64,000 nucleotides of DNA from Candidatus Omnitrophota bacterium (GTDB lineage Bacteria; Omnitrophota; Gorgyraeia; Zapsychrales; JANLHA01), in contig JAKQKX010000073.1 in the NCBI GenBank assembly GCA_029560465.1, forward strand, positions 79,411-143,410. The letters run 5' to 3'. The translations under genes and the position numbers were made by a program. Numbering within the stretch: position 1 is the first letter of the stretch; the number at the start of each line of letters is the position of its first letter. Under the pieces are notes generated by a model. That model saw nothing but the letters and a program-made list of their open reading frames with translations, was not told the DNA's origin and made no database searches. Shown here piece after piece: positions 63,301-64,000 of the stretch.

Positions 63301-64000
63301 TGCTGAGAGCTTGGATTGCGAAAGCGATCGAAGTGATTAGTGGTTCTGAAAGCTTGTTGAGTAAGGTTCTTGGTGTGTTGACTGCTGGTAAAACAGCAGA
63401 AGCCGCCGAGAATAATGCCTTAGTAGAGAAGCTTGATCAGAATGTCGCTCAGGTTGGCAGTAGTGCGAAGTCTGACAAAGGCTCTGTTCGTATACAGTAT
63501 GATTATGTGAAGGAATTGCTTGGTGCCGAAGTTGTGGATGTGAGAACGGCCATAAGCGGTTCTGGATTAGTTTATACTAAAGATCTTGGTGTGTCGGTAA
63601 ATACGGCCGCTAAGAGCAATGCTGTTAGAACAGACAGAGATGCGGATGAGAATGCGGTAACTGTTACAGACGATAGAAGCACCTTTAGAACTGTTCTTGG
63701 GTCTCGTTGGATGGCTCGAGAAGGTTCTTTGAGTGCTGAGAAACCATTGGCTGCTACGGAAACTCCGATTAGCACGCCTGTATACTTTGTTGTTCCGGTT
63801 TCATTCTCTAAGAGCATTAGCCTCTTCATTCAAAACTTTAAGCGAGTAAATCTCGCCAAAGCCATTCGTGTTGTCTCTAAAGACATATTTGAGACATATG
63901 TCTTCATAAGGACAGCTCTTGCCTTAAACAAGGCTAAATATGTCATCTCTCCGAGAGCGGCAGGATTAACTTCTGTTGCCTCTACTACTATTTCTAATAC
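24327..64000 (+). CDS. Giant multidomain protein, at least 13,224 aa, 3'-truncated by window
   Basis: First ATG after in-frame TAA (24309); starts MNFRLDKKLG. The ORF track lists no closed + strand ORF in this frame downstream of 24327. Hand translation at many points through the last line (..GLTSVASTTISN) stays open and gives recognisable domains. Confidence 0.93.
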   Translation, partial: MNFRLDKKLGAETVSKGILENRLISASESIVQNELKEESFKSRFKSWIRLVALVVVLIFLPEQVSWAFNYNPAVLWGHSSSSVQVIDLDSPNPQVSQEEMMAIQLSSGVANLLEQIENKENAQIKLGLSSDINNSLSSEKSVLISAKRKITPDYVQSVKSWIRNPNIHPFNCGVYALKDLLDGNKISTSLAEIAVATLSVDLLNNIIEPGEKFLKTSLFAIEEVARGYGLNVQAVKVDTQDILYLKTPFIANFGSEHFVTVRSVDAQNVYFSDIGKQQSMPRDQFKEKISGFVLAVNLDRQEDMEYEPISDAMKVFVWGNKWIDRSDDLPGLLSGADVFAAVISMVVQIVIAYIMGGPLGVIISLASSTFGSAVGEAYYVNCVNDGGDDCESNAFILSTAITIAVSVGLNYMAGIGSEAGNAAGEAAASGGETALESTASTGATSSLSTALQNAAVGAAVGAALGWAVAKMTGKDATKAALIGGLIGAAGGLIAGYGGFGEGIQSAWQSLITKLQNIWSSIKGFFNKVFGGGAASTATSTTSTTSMTVTQRLWDIAKAFAKGFTVGMIKAYVQVKIAEFLEEHLDIDSEILKSVLVGLISSLAADLAVGVVAMGLDAAADALFDKPASGDTEDLGWREMLGMKDDSEASKKQYANQQVEKAQIKAKAEGKGPLTGDQIAQVKADAMSSYSSFKLNLADMGMMALQRLAGGMGSFILRYIFKDKFDPSSMMSQILGNFGSLIGMTLFNVIAYGDTWGTTYDIKKEKDENGNDVYTYENVGTKENIKSTTTTTEEGKTVTSHYSGTHNVTMLDTDGNLDNGYEKAFVQGSFLGTIWRGAVQTLVSMLLALALFGKEDFSEAEGADGKTRDKDERAKQFWTCSLIFLGSVLTQGIFASIAGMFKTSDLAAIGTKDYENQQKAGGKTDGEDKQSIGSIFLNVTGNAFQEFASNLVGDWVGTAPTGGKFANLSSFGTYVESMQKMGGITLDTVLKAQEKREELEEKREEAKEQMGGYNAPEEWYAWGWDDSMAIPDDLKDDAEKTDEDMAQEAGLQFLIMAEDNRVGFWVDNFSQVAAMSAITNFKNSFEYVASAISHDSGYIKFYRDFLGFTFRPIAKDGSFLGKNYIQLKRKTIGEDFDPEKEATELVAKIEEAKEKGDIEADGTLLTIEMEADVDSAEDVDALVSFMTLVEEKLSGTAEESKGEKGDVLIKAKVFSSKTQEEGGTESLIAGYGSGDIKLVAGYGAGSQQTSDFMVVPRQHILIGANSADSANYISYNLVGAGNKGRGWVQTDTATGDVYEGFLSYNPYTGQYSYDGRAFTVEEANKLGLDPSIMKIIAKKEEGDKSGGAEVDLFGEGFTKSKELSIMETSPSESENFGGEAQTGYNRLVALGFEDLGFAIYDKDAGTDGQVDGGGSVYRRVLQGGVEGWRARADARAEYADQMREAKIKRIINWLVPFVDIWGEGEIPNPEKVVSPDKMIEETVSAMPLTQKQRQGQAEAKFKAAQSTPIRVKNAMLEKIKELDAQKDADQITEEAYTTEVAKLNASIAKIDELLNVDPEQGVYDTLATVPVYAGSSKHRYMQLFEAGVFLGNAETNKLIGESTTSYAKYENGIIQGGVVGWVLGDGIVKNQGEVTSLVGKAENVRAVMKQLGLDNFINMSEEEKKQVTDKLIAALTEQGQDGLLASVKIGFEGGALVADSQFEGEGETDPGTKLRKRMSAADVELLKALIATAALTSGLSEEERIKAVEELSVALNDVQNMGDVEARLMDMTTQDNPIKDFLINALENTYAGSPTKNVTINAMNKSMTEDGWDQYTAKMEAGTKLKARAEAIISVIEEVGLGDVLGLSEEEKKTKGAELIAALQQAGLLDKDQKVPDLFDAATLQSMKLALGTMLSGGVADAIVADMLNHQILNTLINVFTSGLSEEDKKKAAVSLQGVETISALKDAVVNFATKEPLADVIRASEIDDLVFSYHGALDDAGNVRSDFAFNLDAYNPAATLKSQANVFLPGIGLAQILISAFGGELSEEETSSLVQNMAKVFINGLSEVDKKKAASAFKDVQTFDELKNAIMGLSSGVRKITLDENLSPVDPGSGLMVRSISQGGQLSLMNLLQGDVFSSKLKGRADTLMSIIESVGLNDLANLSSEDKKAKRDQLVTALKNAGLFEGEGNVSLFDPAVLNALVALGFMSPEAVDTIASGIMDTEMTNLLVNAVVSSGLTERDSEKAVAAVKGVKTIEELKAATEGFSGFEGTSSFIAKAIYGVDSRTTEELPNGQTREIANISGGVFSTIAAKSEDARLSNVVSLITSNKISNEELEAAYKADLPVIKGDNLNDEQIKINERNALVNSLVDQMEAMGISLIDFVKAVQTEGTLSQQLSTMTVDTKKQALAVALDTIKAEKITADELKSAYEGKASSKDNNGVEQKESSRTKLIKAIVSDLRDVGATFADVAGLLQVAEGQDLNQSIDAKAQELFTRDSSVFKAAGLMTSGRSFINQEGQLQFSDASVLGDYIRLRQAGGQGGTEQPEGSVVRSKVLVGGVADLYTADIGGAQFLKDTSSGVFEMSPFVIRMDEFVARNPKVAVYGDEWGAHLANDKIEVKNMVLKISEKDGIKAIDHYLTGQEGQMRYTGDTHLADIIKISKKDLVNDEKLQQAVKYLGLTIPEEGDFSLEQKVQIQGYLDGYRVSISSKSGDLGSEEWASKVPADEILQKFLGGSGMLTDMPVVTQSVIKYGGNGVETIIEQKEIKFEYSDDSASKKSRLSIDEDGSLRVVLASPYSMLKTEMKVDGETGVPYIEKMNEKDPVYLLARIPGLGNEVLAPNNPGEQNDKKTVSSYDVMLTNIIKVGAAEYAGQMMDVYAGNINGDIETETYTAKGKDGAVKETYAAPLPADKNDRYRRISFLAMPFLYGNFGTKDNPVGMNQSLHSFYIENNVSDMVAGATAAYSTQDPTEKGPGTVSMNSRQRILSRAGLLPINRILSSNGTIVSRFLGNGALTIIDGVVSTVDGSQTYLIAESVPGVARDLKKGEEFQLDVLESSDDRDGMKQSYAYDYKVTDTWEQIGFEEGGRQEYVAAHRYTGRTNDETNRGKILVLGAASGLMTAKGKEKGIPEYLKLNKNGATVYGDFEIFADEQTPAWVREHYKDVGGVITFQWAADGDIASSRMKASEGDMFVEENIFSVYNIDKSLAEAVESLGGLESLDARDADKIVAALKKAGVKGVTKQGLQLVMRGNSAGIEAKLKNAGIKVEEGSVQAPALTGSGLYESATVYYDSVLKGFKHRATDFVVDGKNIESGHVFALGQPTAEGIYVMTGATHIPGVAGSYYAIGPTKKEAGLPTHFYFYDSEREYKADGKLYKSPDSKGFVGITISPDGQKEGVNTKSMYMQVGADASVGLGKSYMRGLFDLAAKREQFDESKNITAEQAVAIENGMEAAFQDYSKLSDAEKQGMSFMDYIKQKKMPASFYLSLIAMAEDAEIKESHGDWPEMQKRSQSKTPTFKSELANKYFGSLSPEAKKELLFRAWKREEERQIPLFLANDEYKENFGSNGFTRFIAKVGLRQYQAQEAQSAAYTGDLIESLEAAGVSTIVNGMTSKEEIAKSNDFLINSVLAPKQTELWHGTGAKGEKFNIYEKLYGAQKHVAYVDAAFEGEMRFIRDGTWGPANLTFGIGDKDGDGIPEVLARIIGGSVDGTPAVFLTDDSGPQGGLLRDRFVRTSYIDGALQVTKSGGWAFNVISGSAVLPSDYGTLAKTGGLNPNSLITGLGLSDYRAGLINGAGKADSLQQLSPAQLLKVMSLFSQKTLVTDLLTPEEVGKDNKYVGSIVAQFGDTSKGFSSLMLESAGFFQLVSTLGEGQIVPANEALAAEAVYDLLLNDDYGGGYQYSFQQNKLGAIIMPTTLSSKQVVDELKAQSKEGVLVKSETGMVFLVSPEEFKNGQNRYEKGKKKGIVVKDIKTGKVAIIDNDDMMTASDFYVNGVINDYRIGSERVDGKWKEILGDLPVRIKALKWEEKRPIAKGSTRSGFELTINGVTKHLDSSQEVQVLVTLDDGRQGWVDLADAFSGSSSKDWYGGPATLTDAEGRTFTRRVLYSNVEELFVTAEVYEGKDSAGNDIVRQIQVPYNKYKAGHEYKGEEGKNLWTGKDHGWAISFRSAGLAGWDDYVVRVQTGENEFTYIRVDNKYADAPVDGKIGDRSFWKGTIDARPYYDGFFQGVVGNYAVDDALGLFMRNGKVFFANFDNEDDGPIGMLVRDEVLNKDGSVLLPAGIGSRNSDARQLFRVGESLQTAANIQGTLDAVTGIVTVATIPLTFGGSSAVGGAAGKFAANLATKGLVGKIAAGAVRLAAQAGKTYLTKGVLVSWGLGEALAFAQSGEINVGQSAKNLLLLGGLARGLGFVGSLAKGATMAEAMAAGSIGTGTAAGGFKSLMIKEAIAVGVPNAISIMQGNGLLAPETNMVLVALGFFSPGGASIANVGKNISTAARLGAMSLSAGLGFVYWGGASIASLGAFHGNTQPGWDVIKSVPSNFLMGFGFGGAFGLAGMGFAKAGQSAFFSNFSTNFPRVYKFLSNPITVNAGVATAGAVGLPTIRGVLKTFEARTVADKNLMDNIGSEFTLANMVTGAFIALAYRGLVGKGLTSKGPLLKAPAASTVEQSALAAQKAGHTAKYGMDAVSIKYGLQKIGIGAGIGASAKVLNTAIKDISGEDVKWQQYGLDVLSGGALGALTVAFMVQPKNITGTAQGSPGYYWANPEKLFAAMEHGAAKWVYVSPTFETMGAFWKGVSARIENAILGEDSRYAKQTGKEMPWFAVENVDEEGKFKNEDKKLISVFRDDKGRFTPDRLIDASLQGPQSGLWMAPLFGAIQTQGLNGGLAQRGWQKALAVVQNPFSASPTLMSLAEGKVGMVLSTLYRDALYMPGLVTGLKEVASFSNQAAKAWTGEDSVVVFDAAEASGFGWLGMLALPTYTLLPKPVTKLSSSDETKKEVMELSGKTEADITALSKGEAGDGKGSSSPVAYTKDGTRIYLVENADVIKKGRNVIAYQHNAGVDGKSIIVAVYSGSAEAALGQISKQLSAYNAAQFNSAGVKTGKKNVFSSKGGWVNRVFSRLGGGEVLVNGETARGAVVSKILGMFVGKGAKAEANILIGKYENLKGQTPSQILFKYAESRGGKRGITSAEKIATVYSSIYSATAGDRTAVINKSKLTSGQKEVLKSMLSAYDRVQADLSSVQSTSRFFRSKKSAALQSVLLSMLDINDSILNPTNPYGSKKGLEVRPEQVAVQILTEKAGRMLGGEVSLGKTIATISGILQDIRGGRVSSSKGKTVVIEYILREDLIGRLNIEAAQGTLDILSGKGKLGLSNGKIVIRDGKNAGKEVKVKVKVFEPPTEGSANAEQYKDLVDVSGAVDASGRRRFAFADASPVEAGDIVLAILGPRAFQHRELGMKYHFKGAPKKGMFGAGEGVQWTRVKAYADDIDRLVAEPGMRYAGRMNMSALADAGLNKEALDGLAELLLGVYTRYDAAKGGKVGGNKEEAAIGEAMDPALKLLDPSSRKILQTAQIQQLYGQLVREFYDSVTGPNGKTKLVANKKTQLLEKLLNISSEYRDFSKAMGKRQDAALLYLTQSWAQATSGTKDTPGLYKTGRDVFSSFIDRHVSDWGEGLILNMGGGGLRNPGTMPGHKGLEIMLVIRMILETNPKNQSAELKEYVKYLEENMGVTPQTIKLNTKAGKAEAVQYIVNAMASTSQFDMSFGEALRGKAGGVKPWKYLVGLTGTPRSAKIGFSELGLVSAIVSQRAPLRTDSQQGQVARADVVALTGKQPGKGWEGIFTNKNLNDSQLYFVANAKDAIKASSLPDNVKLKLISLAEKTTTLTLAGKEGVVGTLKQKIQYVVKLAQGLEKINGEDRSGSRVILVSPSGDTEAAMINKTFKNMKGVEVIGVGFGSDKGSRDAVIEKVTERVKGMTKDENKVFLVVIAGELSGSNLMPIAKDLSNEGVRAIPVFTDIRSEAALLQFIGRASMPWNRSGRVIMDDIGSMGIFDMMNTGLTTDLRTEIKTVQAQTVLDLSKAKADGASFVKQAAIVAKGEAKVEQIFLKAIARQEAFEARNIRGLIVQNNLMSAAQTTEILAMAEKAGSGDRTGQMKGQKIAQLISNRAAEIASGNTTMANIGFMPVADSNVLGGNFVGTGDGSIALSQIGSWTQNLGGQESFDVIREGFNIEVLEAGIGTQTINTKGGKVWTIPGLSFSLFTPAEDSKKLYAVYTDSTGIVTSKVELDQDWAATLNKEGGSITIPTGNKSETMTLTKGARADTFKLAYASTTGFQKDSWTLKAQDAYTMNVEGFGVMPIATEQDLLSALKSTDVRKYQTGVLQPVSRQAVVALLGEKSMGDLEDIFEKTGNQGTEVTFTQNYQAGIDRAVSEGTIEKSQGDALKKMAKTKKVANLSRQFLMPGSGEDTAQQEPRVQNLDITVQYKGNNILTRNKRGGLEIGVTPMIGRFANASTRARAYRMMAQTLMLNNNSLGVVSLLDAVIAQQTTKEYYGYTADEDIDQETRLAIKRATLLSSRSAEAKAQISEYLSAGSGEGVAETAGKQIQQKMANATARRLLSSYETMVDIYGYIAPSFVYNDAYAQDFAQQVEQIRQEQGTDAVARVLAIAQNAKKIINDGVTPLNFRQRYILTKLAELAEPENESKVRNLISAPVSLGEGLYSKESGAGIRLLLPEEMTDRDQGRAAYSSDRHEVQVSMINLDLTGKISDKTFWGYDFWHESVDHPGLDITNTILMTRVNLNEVGAQLLSNLRMQDATLADTEEGKDLRQSTDVFNKIFGNLMDIKTVKKLQETSLPEMADIAFKKYSLIQPEGVKRELEAERFAFTAINLMQTALKKGGVDVLYQLDDELNASNNREGVYTPNILANYSEAEHGAKIYVKKGGVIGMGKEVSHLMALFHDGNHALSEKKETASPGYMSAKVAELRQIVSEMNDPNLTEAVGRLLDRFQAIGNNKYDHPVEDLIVALNDTSRTDITPATIKTELGHIKDRVSGSRQFDQTAQSTQDFVVAVDQLLGQDTVSSDDLSRLASMPLAKTEFGAGVELMGHVAPFLFMPAEAGQFHGNDADLLTVANAIISNDQLGQFMRQYNADIGVPVEAIAKAKQAETSSPISGTETTAASSSSPIHVIGQDSILALNTEDAQELFLGIANASLAVPPAYKQYAPLIPDNYQGTLPPDAASAGGSDGKKRKTSRITRKILFEEEVTAGETRDKGDSGDGLSHSLGRLQNSRGERKGRTRSGLESKEPTTAVAGRFAPTSSAPRTSSSSNQGVTAPYALDIMMPVTSAYYSNQSGQISSVSSNITQQPLGNIVSSPVAGEMRQFGSVSSESIVDMTTRDLSVSSGLAPPVNMPTPTFKQPAVSSSIVPVSPVSPVLLPSFHVSSTPKITTTGFSASNISSSPINYNANIQQRPSAIVKLPTIQAMALFNNQNELRNIIRSEAENDYNQLDNAGLIDLFVDTLKDKKMGVDSEISGLQSIEVEKADSILDRVLYVVAGKTSSEVKSLGLTSNEGYPQQGYRIGQAGPKEMRVELDVMTPEVVMPMLDQVKSKAEVKEWLIQQFSVQRMAESLPKMVGEENLQAGVGSHYHHSRAEDYDQETAQAMEVYQISTEFYRNILEGMATDNVQLSAMPLSPSPTSIVGHLQDYRRVSTGKDFTSKQKGIAGQYHSEERVPYLTKSARAFVETAVVTAKMNEVNRRVLEDKGYREGIKKDVLTKTVVKMKQAGNLTDEQIKQKVAVLDKVIGDDAFFPADFNVSYTKDAGAFKEVLEASYEVFVGELDLPESMSSRALAAYQEYNATVDKVKSLSANDSTQLTETQQSLVSAVNNWANVSTLDFVQAINNKKQAIDFSGIQSNLSAQSASSPVSIEQAKQEFNKAVRSYNEAVESGNRLYDVRPIVKGMAAANRELNALPTSKEKTEISKKINQGSQQMLLEGIEGAPSVINRLGKAISRDEYTPKGQEKAQVQEIIEMAAVQMKQLEAENGKAAVANIRRDFNDSVRSMMDKIEVSPEVKKDIRLSSYEQKNPAMYGWLTQAINEVDEAANDAQGPLSHGITYVVKGGKIYTDGTKAPHATFMNEKNYPELGGLKTGGADYIGYMRVGKQNGKLVLAVDKGSNTANSSAQLRDFSRKIGELKRVLNDLGIQAIVSVNGRGLEADGTSLNGLRAQNYITDAPTNIVVSSAITKMAAGDVLRTQGKNLWANPAVQDTAVYLSQNGLDESFQRVEKSSLPAYMEVYEKDGIQIIRKELTRENANEIRQLAQAQRQSNVPVFFAKGDTEHYYEVNLAPEGYTTAYQVVRNSPDRLAKLAEIQPYIMAAADDGLRFDNSQWFVHNHLHPKNIMIKQNDAGEIEDVKFIDWKKLSSFNPAAKPETALLQQGDQNALKGVKVEDVGLEWFDFTDYDLSGTDFTKTAKIFGSYVDQAKTSQETNVPEMEVGLNFVALVPAIPANRKDATPRLRGGIQSSPVQLTQKPTAEQFLAIKQAVAKSDFFKEKSIVSIRSNASEQDKAIYEDGKLNVNLNNFDLKTVNALQSSMGVGVEQAYTEYATVVYNHEKFHRETISNEKKQRSAQPRKSGDYTQRELQGIISEARKSEDDNIRTAVAEIDKIMSQSYHYSPQDADFGEEMFANYIENGGLMVRGVSGSGTRDVKFVLAANALMQNLVKQNKISRAFVDRIAEKAETKDTAFDPMATDAARFVANPESYAKTMLVAAKSSSVSSPIESDDYSDFEADRPYQPYTNVAARDVLQPLFAGTPDASSLSFLDVGSGSGINTVAAASEYKVNAIGIDPQASNVQFAQNLVKSYAGNLKEQGAFEKPGVVDTQIEDFVAQGVQPKSVENANFVEGSATDLPFSDNSINRIVYTDVEPFIYDQEGKDKAIDEILRVVSKQDGKIMARPKAGAKENDVAVFVDRFRNTAAQRGLALDVQRTEIAGSNNGILFTVRQSTPASSPINVAQIDSLETLLKGDLKGKRILEIGPGAKTDLIEALVDAGAEVWAVDSRIIGRGEEALIFNNPDKQSGVVAGAQAQIADMTQFLKNYMTQNPDKPFDAVISRGGFEIGYVTQEGKAQFLEKDQVKTLTDTLSLLKGGALKEDGVLVAEMHWPEMSLAAMAPGKIEEAGFRNRSVTDKVLVLQPARVSEAKSSPISLGDSEKRSAPAQMTRAQLETEVQALRSLVITDPLTKIYNRAGFEKRLAEDVSVVSRDRRHRLQVVLQDLDHFKAVNDLFGHQVGDNVLAGAARIMQESIPETATVGRWGGEEFTLSLPGMSAVQAVEVVDGIRSNLVNGVLPGEDQLNDREFVQNAITSMVKAAETGRLTKQEANNFKAALIHQFEEQGLSGVTPTTAAGEDGLKVFLVGMEGISNMPTAEQMRQMPLAELPYEQLSRWVSTSGQEGEDFAISIPGVSAAEAQKIVGDIRVKLSSESIPEFVQLNDRDFVQQKIRSFVDDAVAGKHTQKEISKVRSAIVHQFKVQGIEVEGSPTPAQMMQMPLAELPYEKLDRWVVTNSAGVATFDPKEDTINTAILHADVALAQAKSERAKTQIIKNAIGERDAGIEFSHSYSQGEAIVEQMTREDLEKEVAVLRDLESFDQLTRVYNRRAFDKKVEEAVASVRAPGERRKRLNFVMVDIDYFKSINDLFGHDVGDDVLRGLGVVAKASVRDSDKVGRWGGEEFGIVIPNASAMDTVRIVDRIRAGLRNAMIPELSALNDRNFVQGKLREFVDASLSGKKTEDDVTATKVALIHQFRVQGFKDLPSNEAMMDMPLVELPYDQLDRWVVTHSAGVSDYNAAQENPTENMVLKADLALYSAKETRSNTRVYETNVQQAVNKYAKELAHSSKHFIWQLETVADTAVQGAPQSREAKSAFKIAQAHGRKVLATYGVTEGHEDFQPLMDSFIQTLAQERGRVSSSPVEQTLGSVSSPVPVEPFKAQLSFGRGRKSDNVVRILGELDKTDLKEQPQQYLGLLVSYSREVNDKPERAIEARAEITRAKTYIKENYIASADDLVKYSDALDISPKGQALVAAYTRLRDDEIHITLPRMADVAKISNTEAQEIFDAEIRPVIKIAEQKLPADQEIMAIMDSAEADDLEEKAFASLESDIRDAVNKGEFATYDDVVAVTQGMTQSTKHRVLGKLQSWQLSGRDFKNIQEAATQAEAVAPRPVQVMGHVVRVHNQVKSSKLQNLQSNDDLVPRIQEFYAGIEGFHLKGNLKGLERAHIGNQRAIFRQLNNGGVVLLGVENRGDIDYGAYEKFTPANMSDEELLAKSYELTEKVSSPIESQDRIAVVVSRDSKDIDYEDLRTLTGAVNNASPDQRSVVLAKISDVMKSNPKIESEIRSQGEVVLDVQPPAGYSELVTLTPEQVQNLSPKMANLSPYRTERAILAVVAQDPVVLKGDGTAYDGNNRIIWAQKMNAPLKAYVPKGQKEMLLASLSQSSRDKGTASSSPVAWQLTQSPARQMPLTSQERAHSLETKEIVKRGGMLQVSSSVVARPSPMAMAQAQPGGMMQVSSAVVERPSPVAMAQAQPGGLMTVSSTVVKEQQQFPAISVPTIESPKPFEVTAPAIIATPEAPAVTLPITTMPVFMPSPLSEAPRVEARPAEIASASRKEGRSSRQNSESSSAKPEKRGGMMQVSSSVVARPSPMAMAQAQPGGMMQVSSAVVERPSPVAMAQAQPGGMMQVSSAVVERPSTQMEITQPGGMMTVSSSIIEKPQIASLEAETSRPFEMTAVAPALSAPVFPVLSSPLSQSLMQQTEQPSVQSAQAADFMDRSAIQQQERLSVPSQTTMSGVRPTPSPVRNLNLTRPEMNFAAIPKPEKRGGMLTVSSTVIDRRSLPVSAQAKVSNPEEDAGLSAAEMVTELPVSAPLSAPMPVLSAPIVLPAFTGGPFASEQRTLTTEISKDLAQANTYYDARSQIQQEQEGEIQDLSFWDITSGAMSQAVSLDEKVRLAHDANKSVVLFEQGRTLPELLSAANKTVAETSRPVYVYVPTMESMEVERVATQMGINLPKETLGQISQLMAEKPLVLGGLDTLISAVPELEKYDIVLVRNFMMALQQARKAPFVSYQKSLDGEIISQRLAFEQLPKNYPIVLLGNDETLKPSSEELRKYIVARKPYLDNELVQHILPTTERLQLAKGEILEIAPVSSSISTTAAEKEGAAIIYAASLSVSEKMGVIDFIGRYPEFKDGTTKVEIIRGKDLESKIYMADDTGKTRTVLIPEDVFYSVISNPVLGEKNQRIGIEKSDRVDLAMKTGKYAHSLPSEYHTVDLGQVLKKHDLTSGLQITDENPLLVAYDRRDFDVAQDQMENILVSLAKTVDVSDLSQITRLQVVPSDMNLPAKIMLTDMNKQGQPKTLILAQSLIQNPQEIQNASLMVDSRSSIVRLAEKQRAETIARNQIDPDAITVVRLPGGDRAYIEKNFVRFVDDRGRVRKQQMEFKGVNIIEVGRIIAGLSDQQRRSLYLIEADKTADIYVDKASGEKWLPVSVHLGSTRYLAWARFDEEMELAVPVNGNQLIYAEKMVMSAVNESGRPQFKPVGFDKRIDFDTLMPGADYSVGDYVESLTRQLAMEENISIDFVKIDDFNYFVKPTGVRIIKNDKGQTYLILGTEYVKAQNDRIAEAQKYDLAITDPLGMYRAFIEESQAKELEVKDAFGVFVVAVTNKVGQILTRDSRSGGQDQIALKDIPILYTTLTGEQIIVASTKKSDIEQYQFDIAIDRGITTRKEQLAEPKVFEAVPSSAPVTTLPLLPGTDTSIMPPIGLLSQAVPVQASTTETVETAQIEKLALASIPISDEELNGQLSKVGSTVEMLDIETNEVGRIVSNVQFKNPFSGQEVRLASVEMKNGDVQSFTFDEFKKKNIRIVRPSAEQPLSEKTKIASAQKQLSKPTAVEIRPAASPVRNLPSTATERTWVDAQATRKDRMKERQSGGLLMMSAMVIMNPADAAVQEGQFEEAKDSSSPIMVALTNPMVLPEDARAGGVRKDSVKYVEVARVSSSLKQAAPAKITEVPMLAKQMPNIATISSLSLNNRAAYDILRTAMTQTMNSRQDRADLSREMNTILARAAQEGQRVISPEGYPLTEKALQQLSKLKTKEDLAALVGKDGAESLWDQLKDALKMLFGGEIKADEKEESVHLAKVDQEAMQGEGVLTSPQYIEEGTVSTETGVLKSDVTVLKEASRAPPEEMKADVTIAETTVKKEDQEAAPTLATAPPLAPPIVSPETLVPQLPAQTAPSSPIFVPVLPIAAFTLGKATTLPSNQKNPIEGRKETGTKGIPVTSMPFSSSVPVEEEPVPGGGSTGPVSGSTKAKTALVIAYVRDMAANKGAVASAPVVKPEAKRQHVDLSTDKESKKNFRSSGSSPTPWGAAETSSSLQAGKSEERTRLERVVMVVTVGVRTAETIAGNEELKTNWVRNANRGNDNANGVSSAIVESARVTIAASKAVTSELKTGWVRNVSRSDDNTVGGGKEIVNIVTSSTVLSAKTEAEDELETRWVSADREGVSAIGVEGAYAKAGSLRTSGINGLAAINWFGLFGGFAKAIKAVLTGWLQRIARSGSGNGSREGTLPEAVPAASYSLEGSIVKVAEGIFVAAKSTLTKVGEWLKQYANRVVTILRTYDSKWTNRSVLIIGVVEDTTTSEGVHASALGSESGSMAGDRSGTHSNDVFGVSSVISNGYDYLYSRIDSIAGVETVVSRSVKGSADRLAVLLSANAGSVADVTSDSGVLSNNALRGSAVSVADVSEKESFGALDQEIGQGYVAVDVSYIKGLRFDGCVASVLSNGYGLSTLASTSILGALVSDDLSSKNVTFVLGYVNNLTATSKVAYVGAIKGIAGKAAISLVALKQLHEVEALSGSVDLYSRVLGVSASIRVSTSKDKAFTQKLDRSNVQAIVAEAVLTEGVLAGEGVLAEGTEGVLMPVEAISSPVLSIQPEKVEGAKNAAFGVRLGQEIDQVIPAEDAFNVSAEVVLSSVNELLRAWIAKAIEVISGSESLLSKVLGVLTAGKTAEAAENNALVEKLDQNVAQVGSSAKSDKGSVRIQYDYVKELLGAEVVDVRTAISGSGLVYTKDLGVSVNTAAKSNAVRTDRDADENAVTVTDDRSTFRTVLGSRWMAREGSLSAEKPLAATETPISTPVYFVVPVSFSKSISLFIQNFKRVNLAKAIRVVSKDIFETYVFIRTALALNKAKYVISPRAAGLTSVASTTISN
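24800..25215 (+). other. Peptidase C39-like domain of the giant protein
   Basis: FNCGVYAL (Cys codon 24840), SLFAIEEVARGYGLNVQAVK, PFIANFGSEHFVTV (His 25095), VYFSD (Asp 25143): order and spacing of the C39 triad. Confidence 0.85.
40100..42400 (+). other. Degenerate SecA-like SF2 ATPase domain of the giant protein
   Basis: RPEQ (40116), GEVSLGKT (GKT at 40188), AYADDIDRLV (40710), YLVGLTGT (41598), LLQFIGRA (42324). Confidence 0.65.
49100..49700 (+). other. Kinase-fold (APH/RIO-like) domain with catalytic Asp replaced, plus short pentapeptide-like repeats
   Basis: FVHNHLHPKNIMI (49407-49445) and VKFIDW, then FDFTD-YDLSG-TDFTK. Confidence 0.6.
49860..50520 (+). other. Zincin-like metallopeptidase domain
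   Basis: VYNHEKFH (HExxH at 50073-50087) with downstream GEEMFANY as candidate third ligand. Confidence 0.6.
50580..51250 (+). other. Class I SAM-dependent methyltransferase domain 1
   Basis: FLDVGSGSG (50703), IGID, EGSATDLPFSDNSINRI, AIDEILRV. Confidence 0.85.
51275..51830 (+). other. Class I SAM-dependent methyltransferase domain 2
   Basis: LKGKRILEIGPG (51333), AGAEVWAVD, PFDAVIS, LKEDGVLV. Confidence 0.75.
51900..53045 (+). other. GGDEF diguanylate cyclase domain 1 (with doubled internal insert)
   Basis: TDPLTKIYNR (51951), DLDHFKAVNDLFGHQVGD, GRWGGEEF (52182), VTNSAGVA, ADVALAQAK. Confidence 0.9.
53125..53870 (+). other. GGDEF diguanylate cyclase domain 2
   Basis: DQLTRVYNRR, DIDYFKSINDLFGHDVGD, RDSDKVGRWGGEEF (53418), VTHSAGVS, ADLALYSAK. 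Confidence 0.92.
54903..55150 (+). other. RelE/ParE-fold toxin-like domain
   Basis: HLKGNLKGLERAHIGNQRAIFRQ..VVLLGVENRGDIDY aligns by eye with the RelE pattern LxGxLxGxxRxRxGxYRxxY..VxVxxVGHRxxxY. Confidence 0.65.
55440..55680 (+). other. ParB/sulfiredoxin-like domain
   Basis: QDPVVL..AYDGNNRIIWAQKM..LKAYV; DGNNR at 55605 resembles the DGxHR signature. Confidence 0.5.
55839..56530 (+). repeat. 72-nt (24-aa) coding tandem repeats GGMMQVSSAVVERPSPVAMAQAQP
   Basis: Units start at 55839, 55911, 55983 (partial), 56283, 56355, 56427 and 56496 (partial); the two blocks are nearly identical in DNA. Confidence 0.9.
61602..61890 (+). repeat. Degenerate 120-126 nt coding repeat
   Basis: ELKTNWVRNANRGNDN (61602), ELKTGWVRNVSRSDDN (61722), ELETRWVSADREG (61848). 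Confidence 0.7.

Noticed and set aside
24308-63829. The many short ORFs in the supplied track across 24-64 kb, mostly minus strand (including 54084-54932 and 61064-61999)
   Set aside because: They are antisense or off-frame shadows of the single giant + strand ORF and show no recognisable protein motifs.
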